From: a virus
Virus record (IMG/VR): IMGVR_UViG_3300020045_006384
Location: 36,001 to 100,000 of that record
Reading direction: 5' to 3' (one strand)
DNA length: 64,000 bases
The notes below the pieces were generated by a model, which saw nothing but the letters and a program-made list of their open reading frames with translations, had not been told where the DNA came from and did not search any database. How positions within the stretch are numbered: position 1 is the first letter of the stretch; each line of letters starts with the position of its first letter. Both the position numbers and the translations under genes were made by a program. Below are positions 19,130 to 27,895 of this stretch, in pieces.

Positions 19130-21196
19130 ATGATAAATATAATATTAATACTTTTATTATTCCAAATTCTTGGTTTAATAATATTTAAACCAAAACATAA
19201 TACATTAGGTTGTGGTATTTTTGCATGGGCTGGAAGTAGTCCAAAATCTTTTAACAAAGCAAAATTTGACATTTTAGGACTTTATAATAATTCCAGAGGT
19301 GGTGATTCATGCGGTGTTACAACAGATGGTGAAATTTATTATGGATTAGCAACCAATAAAAATTATTATGATTTTTTAATAGAAAAAGAATATTTGAAAC
19401 CAAAAGAAGTACCTGTTGTATTTGGTCATACTAGAAGACTTAGTGTTGGAGTAGCTAATGAATATAATGCACATCCTTTTGGGTTTGGTGAATTAAATGA
19501 AGGTTATTCTTTTATAGGTTGTCATAATGGTACATTAACAAATCATAGTGATTTAGCAAAAGATTATGATGTAACAGTTGATTTATGGGAATTAAATGAA
19601 CATGGTGCTAAAGGAAAATGGATCCGTAGTAAAAATGATTCAGAAATCTTATTAGAATGTATTTATAATTCTAAAGATATTAAAGTTTTAGATTCATATA
19701 TTGGTGGTGCAGCTTTAATCTTTCAAGATTTAAGTGAACCTGATACAATTTATGCATTTCATGGTGCTTCAAGAAAAGAAACTGGAGATACTAATCCTGA
19801 TAAATTTGAAGAAAGACCTTTATATTATTATAAAGAAAGTAAAAATTCTCTTTATATATCTTCTTTAGAAGAACCTTTAATAGCAATTGGTGGAAAACAA
19901 GATAAAAATATTTTTGAATTTAAACATAATATTGTTTATAAAATTAAAAATGGTGATATTGATTCTGCAATTACTTATAAAGTAAACAGAAACGAAGCTG
20001 CTCAAAAAAAATCATACTCAACAGGACATAATAAAAATTTTACTATGGCTCCTATGACGAGGAAGATACATTCGGCCACGGCCAATTGTACCTTGGACAT
20101 GGTTATGACTAAAAAAAGGAGCCCTAAACAATCAAAATTAAACTATAAAGTATTAGATAATTCTATTATTACAAATATTTATGATGAAACAGATGATAAA
20201 TATTTTAAATCAGGAATTAATTTTAGAAACTTACGTTACAGAAGAAATGGTCATTTAATTGAAGGTGTATATACTTTTATATTTGGTTATGGTTTACTTT
20301 ATATATCAGATGATCCAGTTAAAGCTATGGCATCAAGCTATGAATTTTTAGATAGATTTTTTGATATGGAAAAAGGTAGATTTTTAAATGGTACAGAAAT
20401 TCCAGATTTTAAATCAGGTAACGTAGTTAAACCTTTTACATTTAAAAAACAAATAGACCCGCCTTTATTATATTTTTATAAAGGTATAATGCTAGAAACT
20501 TTAATGGATTATGAAGCTGTTACTAATAAATTTAAAGATAAATTTACTTTTTTAGATTTATCAGAAATGGCAAAACATCCAATTATAGATATTAGTAAAA
20601 AAAGAAAACCTGATCATAATCAAGAAATTACATATAATAGATTACCATGTACTAAAAAACATTCGTTTCTTCAAAGTGGTAAAATTTATAATATTGAAAA
20701 AGGAAACTTAATTAATATTGAAATATGTGAAGATTCAATTGATTTATTAGAAAATACAACACCACCAATTCTTTTAGGAGAAAGTTCAACAATTAAATTA
20801 AATAGTAATGAGATTACTGATAAATCAGAAATACCATTTAAAATTTATCAAAATAATGAATTAAAAAAATTAGGTGATATATTTGAAGTTAATCAAATTA
20901 AAACTGAACATTTTATTGATGCTAACGATATATTTTCTGATGTTGAAATTATTAACAAAAATTCTGAAATTAATGAAGATCCTGAAATTGAAGAAGAAAT
21001 TGAATATAATTCTGAAATAAAAGATACTCTTGAATCTGAAATGATGAATGTTTATATAACAGTTCAAACTGCAAATAATAATTTAGCAAAACATTCTGCT
21101 AATTCTGATGTAGTAACAGATGTTATGGAAGTTAATAATGATTATTTAATGAATTTAGATTCTTTAATTATTGATAAAATAGGAAATAATAAATAA
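19130..21196 (+). CDS. class II (Ntn) glutamine amidotransferase with hydrophobic leader and long C-terminal extension
   Basis: CGIF at residue 28, RGGDSCG, GHTR, NAHPF, HNGTL, DSE, ERPL. Confidence 0.9.
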   Translation: MINIILILLLFQILGLIIFKPKHNTLGCGIFAWAGSSPKSFNKAKFDILGLYNNSRGGDSCGVTTDGEIYYGLATNKNYYDFLIEKEYLKPKEVPVVFGHTRRLSVGVANEYNAHPFGFGELNEGYSFIGCHNGTLTNHSDLAKDYDVTVDLWELNEHGAKGKWIRSKNDSEILLECIYNSKDIKVLDSYIGGAALIFQDLSEPDTIYAFHGASRKETGDTNPDKFEERPLYYYKESKNSLYISSLEEPLIAIGGKQDKNIFEFKHNIVYKIKNGDIDSAITYKVNRNEAAQKKSYSTGHNKNFTMAPMTRKIHSATANCTLDMVMTKKRSPKQSKLNYKVLDNSIITNIYDETDDKYFKSGINFRNLRYRRNGHLIEGVYTFIFGYGLLYISDDPVKAMASSYEFLDRFFDMEKGRFLNGTEIPDFKSGNVVKPFTFKKQIDPPLLYFYKGIMLETLMDYEAVTNKFKDKFTFLDLSEMAKHPIIDISKKRKPDHNQEITYNRLPCTKKHSFLQSGKIYNIEKGNLINIEICEDSIDLLENTTPPILLGESSTIKLNSNEITDKSEIPFKIYQNNELKKLGDIFEVNQIKTEHFIDANDIFSDVEIINKNSEINEDPEIEEEIEYNSEIKDTLESEMMNVYITVQTANNNLAKHSANSDVVTDVMEVNNDYLMNLDSLIIDKIGNNK
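20035..20123 (+). other. candidate programmed -1 ribosomal frameshift signal
   Basis: In-phase A_AAT_TTT heptamer (20035-20041), 5-nt spacer, GGCTCCT/AGGAGCC stem (20047-53/20117-23) enclosing a further hairpin; -1 frame open for 23 codons to TAA 20110-20112. Confidence 0.62.
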
Positions 21197-21197
21197 A

Positions 21198-23156
21198 ATG
21201 GAAGATAAAATTGTAAAAAATATTGAAGGAATTGAAGTTCCTGAAAGTACATGCCGATTAATAGATGGACAATATTATTCAATTGGTGATATATATAAAG
21301 AAAATTCTGGACAAATATATTTAATAAACAAAAGATATATTAGACCTGAAAATTTAGTATTTAATCACACAGTTGGTAAATATACACTTCCAAATGCAAA
21401 TTTAATTGAAGGAATAGTTAGATTTGAAGAAAACACGTTTATATATGGATTATTTGAAAGTAATCCATTATATAATATAAGATTGATTGATAGAAGTAAT
21501 AAATATCATTTATGTTTAAATAAACTTATAATTCCTTTAGATTATAGAGAAGAAAAAGCTACTGGTATATTTTATCATATTTCTATTAAAAAAGTAAAAT
21601 TATTTAATTTAATTAAAGATGTTACTAAAGAATATAAAGAATCTTTTCCTTATGATTCTAGAGGAATTACTAGTAAATTTTCTAAACAATTCCATGCTAA
21701 TTATAAACCTAATATTACTAAAAGTGTAAAAACTTATGCTCCTTTGCTAAAAGATTATACTTTTGGTTTAGAATTTGAAACAGTAAAAGGTATTTTAAGT
21801 GATGATATGTTAAAAGTATTACCTTTAATACCTTTAAGAGATGGTTCTATTAGTGGTTTAGAATATGTCACAATACCTTTATCTGGAGAAATAGGTTTAC
21901 AAGCTTTAATTGATTCTGCTTATCATTTAGAAAGTAAAACAGAATATAATACATCTTGTGCATTACATTATCATGTTGGTAATATACCTAGAACACCTGA
22001 ATTTTTATTAGCTTTTTGGAAAGTAGCTTCATTTTTTCAAGAAGAAATGTTTTCAATGTTTCCTTTATACAAAAAATATAATTTTGGTGTAAAAAGAAAA
22101 AACTATTCAAAACCATTTCCTATTAATAAAATTAATAGTTTATTAGATGCTTCAATTGATGTTAAAAACAAAGATCAAGTTAATAAAAACTTTAATGTAA
22201 TATTTAATTATTTATCAGAAGGTGTGCCATTTAGTGCATTTTCTAATAATTTAGATAATGTTAAAGAACATCCAAGAGATCCTAGTGGTAATCAAAAATG
22301 GAATATTAATACTAGATATTATGCTAATAATTTAATACCTATTATTTTTGGTAATAAACAAACTATTGAATTTAGAATTCATACTCCAACTTATGATATT
22401 GATAAAATTATTAATTTTTTATTAATTAATATTTATATTTTAGATTACACAGTAAATAATACTGAATTAATTTTAAAAAATTTTTCTAATGTTACCAGAT
22501 TAGATAATCTTAGAAATTTTATTGATGAATATCTAAAAAATGAAAAAAGATTAAAAAAAACTGAAAAAAATAATTTATTAAATTATCATATTTCTTATAT
22601 CAATACTAGAATAAGAAGATTGGAAGAATTAAATTCTCAAGGTAAAATTCAAGGTGATGAAGATTTAATATATTGTAATAAAAGTATTAGATGGAATCAT
22701 ATTGATACTAAAGAAAATACTAAAAGTCTTTCTAATTTTAATGATTATAACGATAGTTATAAACCAAATAGAAATGGTAATGGTAGAGAACCAATGCGTT
22801 ATACACCTAAATCTTTTCAATCTGCAGTAGCAAGAGATATTTCAAAATTAGTAATAGATGAAAATTTTTCTAGTCCTAATAATACATCTAGTGTTAAAAA
22901 ATCACTTCATAAACCATTAACTGTAAATAAATCACCAAATACATTTAGTGTAGATGATTCTTTAGAAAGATTTTATTTTTCAGAAAGAAAAATTGAATTA
23001 GATAGAGCTGTAGAAAGATTAAAACAAGAAACACATGAATCACAAGTTAGTTTTAATATTAAATATGGTAATTTTGGAATGGAAACGAAAACAGAAGATC
23101 CATCAATGTTTTTTGATACAGAAATTAATTTAAAATTAAAAGATGACCAGTTATAA
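21198..23156 (+). CDS. putative amidoligase (Amidoligase_2-like)
   Basis: FGLEFE, RDGSI..LEYVT, CALHYHVG, RY, TIEFRIH. Confidence 0.88.
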   Translation: MEDKIVKNIEGIEVPESTCRLIDGQYYSIGDIYKENSGQIYLINKRYIRPENLVFNHTVGKYTLPNANLIEGIVRFEENTFIYGLFESNPLYNIRLIDRSNKYHLCLNKLIIPLDYREEKATGIFYHISIKKVKLFNLIKDVTKEYKESFPYDSRGITSKFSKQFHANYKPNITKSVKTYAPLLKDYTFGLEFETVKGILSDDMLKVLPLIPLRDGSISGLEYVTIPLSGEIGLQALIDSAYHLESKTEYNTSCALHYHVGNIPRTPEFLLAFWKVASFFQEEMFSMFPLYKKYNFGVKRKNYSKPFPINKINSLLDASIDVKNKDQVNKNFNVIFNYLSEGVPFSAFSNNLDNVKEHPRDPSGNQKWNINTRYYANNLIPIIFGNKQTIEFRIHTPTYDIDKIINFLLINIYILDYTVNNTELILKNFSNVTRLDNLRNFIDEYLKNEKRLKKTEKNNLLNYHISYINTRIRRLEELNSQGKIQGDEDLIYCNKSIRWNHIDTKENTKSLSNFNDYNDSYKPNRNGNGREPMRYTPKSFQSAVARDISKLVIDENFSSPNNTSSVKKSLHKPLTVNKSPNTFSVDDSLERFYFSERKIELDRAVERLKQETHESQVSFNIKYGNFGMETKTEDPSMFFDTEINLKLKDDQL

Positions 23157-23811
23157 ACTAGAAATTGATTATTCTTTATTAATGGGTCAATGGTCAAGTT
23201 TACTACCAATTCTACAAACTGAAAGTATGTATAATTTAATGTTATCATTACATGAAAATTATAAAACTAAGAAAGATTATTATCCTGCAAAAAAAGATAT
23301 TTTCAAAGCATTTAAAGATGTTAGATTAAATGATATTAGTGTAGTAATAATTAATTGTCTTCCTAGTTTTAATCATAGAAGTAATGGACTAGCTTTTGCT
23401 AATAAAGATAATTATCATGATGATTTTGATCCTACACTAGTTAATTTATTTAACGGTATAGAAAATCATATATGTGGAGGTCTTAAAATTAACCATGATT
23501 ATACTTTATCACATTGGACATCTCAAGGTGTATTTTTATTAAATACAGCTTTAACAGGTACTAGTAAAAAACCAGATGTAACAGAATGGTCAGAATTTAT
23601 TGATTATTTTATTTCATATTTAAATGATATGTTAGTTCATTCAGGTGTAGTTTTTGTTTTTATAGGTGATAATGGTACACATTATATTAATAAAATTAAT
23701 CAAAGAAAACATAATGTTTTACAATTTCAAACTCTTAATGTCGACGCGTTAGAAGATATTAACCAAGAAATTACAGAACAAAATGGTAGAGAATTTAGAA
23801 TTCAATGGTAA
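23143..23811 (+). CDS. uracil-DNA glycosylase family-1-like protein, active site degenerate
   Basis: YP..DIFKAF, VVII, GLAF, L.HW..QGVFLLNTALT retained; GQDPY replaced by NCLPS and HPSP absent. Confidence 0.78.
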   Translation: MTSYKLEIDYSLLMGQWSSLLPILQTESMYNLMLSLHENYKTKKDYYPAKKDIFKAFKDVRLNDISVVIINCLPSFNHRSNGLAFANKDNYHDDFDPTLVNLFNGIENHICGGLKINHDYTLSHWTSQGVFLLNTALTGTSKKPDVTEWSEFIDYFISYLNDMLVHSGVVFVFIGDNGTHYINKINQRKHNVLQFQTLNVDALEDINQEITEQNGREFRIQW

Positions 23812-24238
23812 TGAATATTTATTTATAAATGGGAATGTCCCAAGTCTAAAAAATTCAAAGGTTAAAACTTCAAAAGGTATATTTAGTTCAAAAGCAGTTA
23901 ACAAATACATACGAGCATTAGGTATTCAATCCTATTCTGCTAGTAAAAAAATAGTTAAGTGTTATGTAACTAGAGAAAACGAATTTGAAAAAACTAGAGA
24001 ATTTTTTGAAAAACATTTAACAATAAAACCTTATAAAATTGGTTTTCATTTTGTACGTGGCAGTAAGCATAGATATGATTTCAATAATGCTAATCAACTT
24101 ATTGCAGATTTACTTACTGCCCACGACATTATTGAAGATGATGATACTACAATATTTTTACCATTTCCAATGGAAATTAATGGTGAATATAGTAGTTATT
24201 CTAAAGAAAAACCAGGAGTTTATATAAGAGTTTTATAA
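23783..24238 (+). CDS. rusA: RusA-like Holliday junction resolvase
   Basis: VPSLKNS, YDFNN, ADLL, IEDDD. Confidence 0.72.
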   Translation: MVENLEFNGNEYLFINGNVPSLKNSKVKTSKGIFSSKAVNKYIRALGIQSYSASKKIVKCYVTRENEFEKTREFFEKHLTIKPYKIGFHFVRGSKHRYDFNNANQLIADLLTAHDIIEDDDTTIFLPFPMEINGEYSSYSKEKPGVYIRVL

Positions 24239-24248
24239 AAAAATAAAA

Positions 24249-24524
24249 ATGAAAGAAAACATTCTTATAATCGAACAATTAGCAGCTTTGCTTTTTGCTG
24301 ATAAAAATTACAATCAATTCATAAATTACATAGAAACAAATCAAATAAACGCAGCAAGATTACTTGTAGACACTGAAATAGAAAATAATTATTCTAATGA
24401 AGGTCAAGATTTTCACTTTGAAAATACAATAGCTGATAAATTGCAAGATTTATTAATGGATTTGATTATATATGAAATTGATGGAGAAGAAGAAAGTAAG
24501 CAAATTAAATCAAGTACTGGATAA
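24249..24524 (+). CDS. hypothetical protein
   Basis: 91-aa acidic ORF. Confidence 0.6.
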   Translation: MKENILIIEQLAALLFADKNYNQFINYIETNQINAARLLVDTEIENNYSNEGQDFHFENTIADKLQDLLMDLIIYEIDGEEESKQIKSSTG

Positions 24525-25500
24525 TGATATTAAATTAAAAGATTTATCTTATAGTAAAGTTTCTGATTTTGATAGAAATGGTGCAGTTGCTTTAGTTAGA
24601 ACTAAAACAAATGATACTCAAGCCTTAAAAATTGGATCTTTAGTAGATAATTTAATATTTGAAGATAAAGATTATTTTAATAAACATTATTACGTATTTG
24701 ATGGAGAAAAACCAACAGCTACTCTAGGTTTGTTATGTGATATTATTATAAAAAATTATACAAGTATTCCTAATAAAGAACAAGTTTTACAAATTATTTC
24801 CCATAATAATTTATGGAAAAGACAAAAACCTGATACTTTATTAGCTAATTTTAATATTCCTGAATTTTGGGATTATTTAAAATGTATATTTGAAACATTT
24901 GATAAAATAATTGTAACAACTAAAGAGTTAGAAGATGCTAAAGAATTAGCAGAAATATTAAAAACACATAATTATTCTAAAGATATTATTACTAATGAAG
25001 AATTTGAAAATAAAAATCAATTTTATTTTGAATTTAAACATTTAGGTTTTAATTTTAGAGGAGTAATTGATAAAATTTTAATTGATCACAAAAATAAAAA
25101 AGTAAGATTTATAGATTTAAAAACAGGTACAGATAATGCTTCTGAGTTTGAAAATAGTTTTATTAAATGGAGATATTATTTCCAAGGAGCTATTTATACA
25201 TTAGCATTTAAAGCTATTTGTGAAATGTTAGATTTAAAAGGTTATACTTTACAAGATTTTGAATTTTTATACATATCTAAAAAAGAAAAAATACCTATGT
25301 TATTTAAAATGTCTAAGAACTGGTTGAATGCCAGTATTAAAGGTTTTAATATAGGTAAATATAGATATAAAGGTTTAAATGAACTATGTGAAGAAATTAA
25401 ATGGTGTTTTGATAATAATGAATATAATATACCTAAACAAATTGTTGATAACAATGGTGAAGTATATTTAAAAGATAATTTTATAGAAATAAATGAGTAA
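24472..25500 (+). CDS. PD-(D/E)XK exonuclease (RecE/Cas4-like)
   Basis: LSYS, GSLVD, RGVIDK, IDLKT, Q.AIY. Confidence 0.85.
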   Translation: MKLMEKKKVSKLNQVLDNDIKLKDLSYSKVSDFDRNGAVALVRTKTNDTQALKIGSLVDNLIFEDKDYFNKHYYVFDGEKPTATLGLLCDIIIKNYTSIPNKEQVLQIISHNNLWKRQKPDTLLANFNIPEFWDYLKCIFETFDKIIVTTKELEDAKELAEILKTHNYSKDIITNEEFENKNQFYFEFKHLGFNFRGVIDKILIDHKNKKVRFIDLKTGTDNASEFENSFIKWRYYFQGAIYTLAFKAICEMLDLKGYTLQDFEFLYISKKEKIPMLFKMSKNWLNASIKGFNIGKYRYKGLNELCEEIKWCFDNNEYNIPKQIVDNNGEVYLKDNFIEINE

Positions 25501-26059
25501 TGTAAGATATAACTCAAGTAAAACTTATTTACTACCACTTATATCTGAAGTTATTGGAATAGAAACTAAATTCATAAATTATTTAGATAATACATATATG
25601 TTTGATGAAAACAATGAATTTCACGAATGTATATTTATTAAACATGAATTTAGTTTTAAAAATCCAGAATTTACAGCATATGAACATAGATTAATTGATA
25701 ATCAATATTTTGTTAAATTAATAGATATTGGTTCAGATGTAGTTTATGTTTTTAAATTTCCAGAAGAATATTTACCAGAATATTATGCTTTACAAAATAG
25801 CAAATATTCAGAATTTGGTGAAGATGCTAAGAAATTAATATTAAAATTCTGGACACAAATGTATGGAAAAATTCCTGCTGGAATAAATCTGATTTTAAAA
25901 ATCAAACAAATCCTTTATAAGGATGAAAAATTAAAAAAACAACTCGAAGAAAAGCTAAAAATAAAATTAGATTTACATTCAGAACTCGGAGAAAAAGTTG
26001 AAGTTAGTAACGAAACTTTAAAGTTAAAAGAGAGTGCAACAAGCACAAATGTTGAATAG
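25493..26059 (+). CDS. hypothetical protein
   Basis: 188-aa ORF in the gene run. Confidence 0.7.
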   Translation: MSNVRYNSSKTYLLPLISEVIGIETKFINYLDNTYMFDENNEFHECIFIKHEFSFKNPEFTAYEHRLIDNQYFVKLIDIGSDVVYVFKFPEEYLPEYYALQNSKYSEFGEDAKKLILKFWTQMYGKIPAGINLILKIKQILYKDEKLKKQLEEKLKIKLDLHSELGEKVEVSNETLKLKESATSTNVE

Positions 26060-26071
26060 TAAAAATAATAA

Positions 26072-27058
26072 ATGAATTTAAGTTTAGATAAAAAAATTTT
26101 AAGCGATATTACAGTATATTCTAAATATGCTAAACATCTTCCAGAATTGGAAAGAAGAGAGAGTTGGGAAGAATTAGTTGAAAGAAATATGCAAATGCAT
26201 ATAAAAAAACATCCAGATATTAAAACACATATTGAAAATGTTTATAAAAATTTTGTTTTAACTAAAAAAATTTTACCATCAATGCGTAGTTTGCAATTTG
26301 GTGGTAGAGCAATTGAAATGAATAATAGTAGAATTTATAATTGTGCATTTTTACCAATTGATGATATTCGTAGTTTTAGTGAAACTATGTTTTTATTATT
26401 AGGTGGTACTGGTGTAGGTTATAGTATTCAAAATCATCATATTGATAAATTACCTGAAATTAGAAAACCTAATTATCAACGTAAAAAAAAATATGTAGTT
26501 CAAGATTCTATTATAGGTTGGGCAGATGCTGTAAAAGTTTTATTTAAATCTTATATATCTGGTGGTAATCATATTGAATTTGATTTATCAGATATTAGAC
26601 AAAAAGGTGCATTATTAATAACTGCAGGAGGTAAAGCTCCAGGACCAGAACCACTTAGAATTGCTTTAGTTAAAATTGAAGCAATATTAAGAGAAAAAGA
26701 AGATGGTTCAAAATTGACTGATATTGAATGTCATGATATAATGTGTCATATTGCAGATGCAGTTTTAGCTGGTGGAATTAGAAGAGCCGCAATGATTAGT
26801 TTATTTGATTTAGATAGTGATGCTATGCTAAACTGTAAGTCTGGTAATTGGTGGGAAAATAATCCACAACGTGGTAGATCAAACAATTCAGTTGTTTTAT
26901 TACGTCATAAAATTGATAAAAAAACTTTTGATAAAGTTTGGGAAAGAATTGAAGCTTCTGGATCAGGTGAACCAGGTATTTATCTTACAAATGATAGAGA
27001 TTGGGGAACTAACCCCTGCTGCGAAATAGCGTTGCGTCCGTACCAGTTTTGTAACCTT
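26072..27058 (+). CDS. nrdJ: class II (B12-dependent) ribonucleotide reductase, exon 1
   Basis: KYAK, RESWEE, PSMR, NCAF, GTGVG, RRAAMISL, GEPG, TNPCCEI, FCNL; interrupted directly after CNL. Confidence 0.92.
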
Positions 27059-27349
27059 TAAGATTCTAGGAGGTTGTAAAAGACAGAGAATTGCTGGGAT
27101 ATCTAAGTAATATAAAATAGAACAAGGGTGTGGGTTTGATTCCCACCTGGCGTCTTTGGCGTCGGTATCATGTAGAAATTCACCTATTTTATATTATATG
27201 ACAATCAGCAGCCGAGCCCTACAAGGGAAGGTTCAGAGACTATCCGTAAGGAGTACACTCAAGTGAGTGGAAGCACTGTCCACTATTTATAGTGATGATA
27301 TAGTCCGAACTGCATAGAAATATGCAGATGGGTAAAATAAATAACATTT

Positions 27350-27385
27350 TATTAGGAAATGTCATATTAATTTTGTATCTTTGTA
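27350..27385 (+). promoter_or_regulatory. Bacteroidota-type promoter driving the intron HNH gene
   Basis: TATCTTTG (TAnnTTTG) at 27376-27383 with upstream ATTAGGAAATGT, shared with other promoters in the window. Confidence 0.7.
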
Positions 27386-27406
27386 TTATTACAAAATTCA
27401 AAATAT

Positions 27407-27868
27407 ATGTCAGAATTAATTAAAAATAGAGAAGGTAATTTAATATCAAAAACACATAGAGAATGTTCTAATTCAAAATGTAATATAATATTTGAAATAA
27501 CTTCAAAAACTGTAACTTTATGTCCAAAATGTAACTCAGAAAGAGTTAAAAGTTCAAATCCTATAAAAAAGATGCTTGCTAGAGCTAAATCTAGAAGTAA
27601 AACTAAAAATCATGAATTCAATATTGAATTTGAAGATATTATAGTACCAGAATACTGTCCTATTTTAAATATTAAATTAGAATATAATAGTGGAAGAGCT
27701 GGTGGTGAAAGTAATTCACCTTCTTTAGATAGAATTGATAATACAAAAGGATATATTAAAGGAAATGTTATTGTAATTAGTCAATTAGCAAATTGTATGA
27801 AAAGTAGTTCTTCACCTGAAGAATTAAAACAATTTGCAAATTGGATTAATAAAGAATTCCCTGATTAA
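27407..27868 (+). CDS. intron-encoded HNH-type homing endonuclease
   Basis: Zn-binding Cys pairs, CPIL, SLDRIDNTKGYIKGNV..N..K. Confidence 0.88.
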   Translation: MSELIKNREGNLISKTHRECSNSKCNIIFEITSKTVTLCPKCNSERVKSSNPIKKMLARAKSRSKTKNHEFNIEFEDIIVPEYCPILNIKLEYNSGRAGGESNSPSLDRIDNTKGYIKGNVIVISQLANCMKSSSSPEELKQFANWINKEFPD

Positions 27869-27895
27869 GTTTAACGAGCTTAATTGAACAAAATG

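Larger units (their letters stand above)
27059..27895 (+). mobile_element. group I intron (IA-like) in nrdJ
   Basis: P1 exon AACCTT pairs with GAGGTT with U.G at the 5' splice site; core elements GAATTGCTGGGA, AATCAGCAG, TTCAGAGACTA, GATATAGTCC; terminal G 27895; splicing restores FCNL-VEIN in frame. Confidence 0.92.

Noticed and set aside
27884-27895. TTG/ATG start for a separate second RNR gene
   Set aside because: These bases are the 3' end of the intron; splicing joins CNL to VEIN in frame, so the two ORFs are exons of one gene
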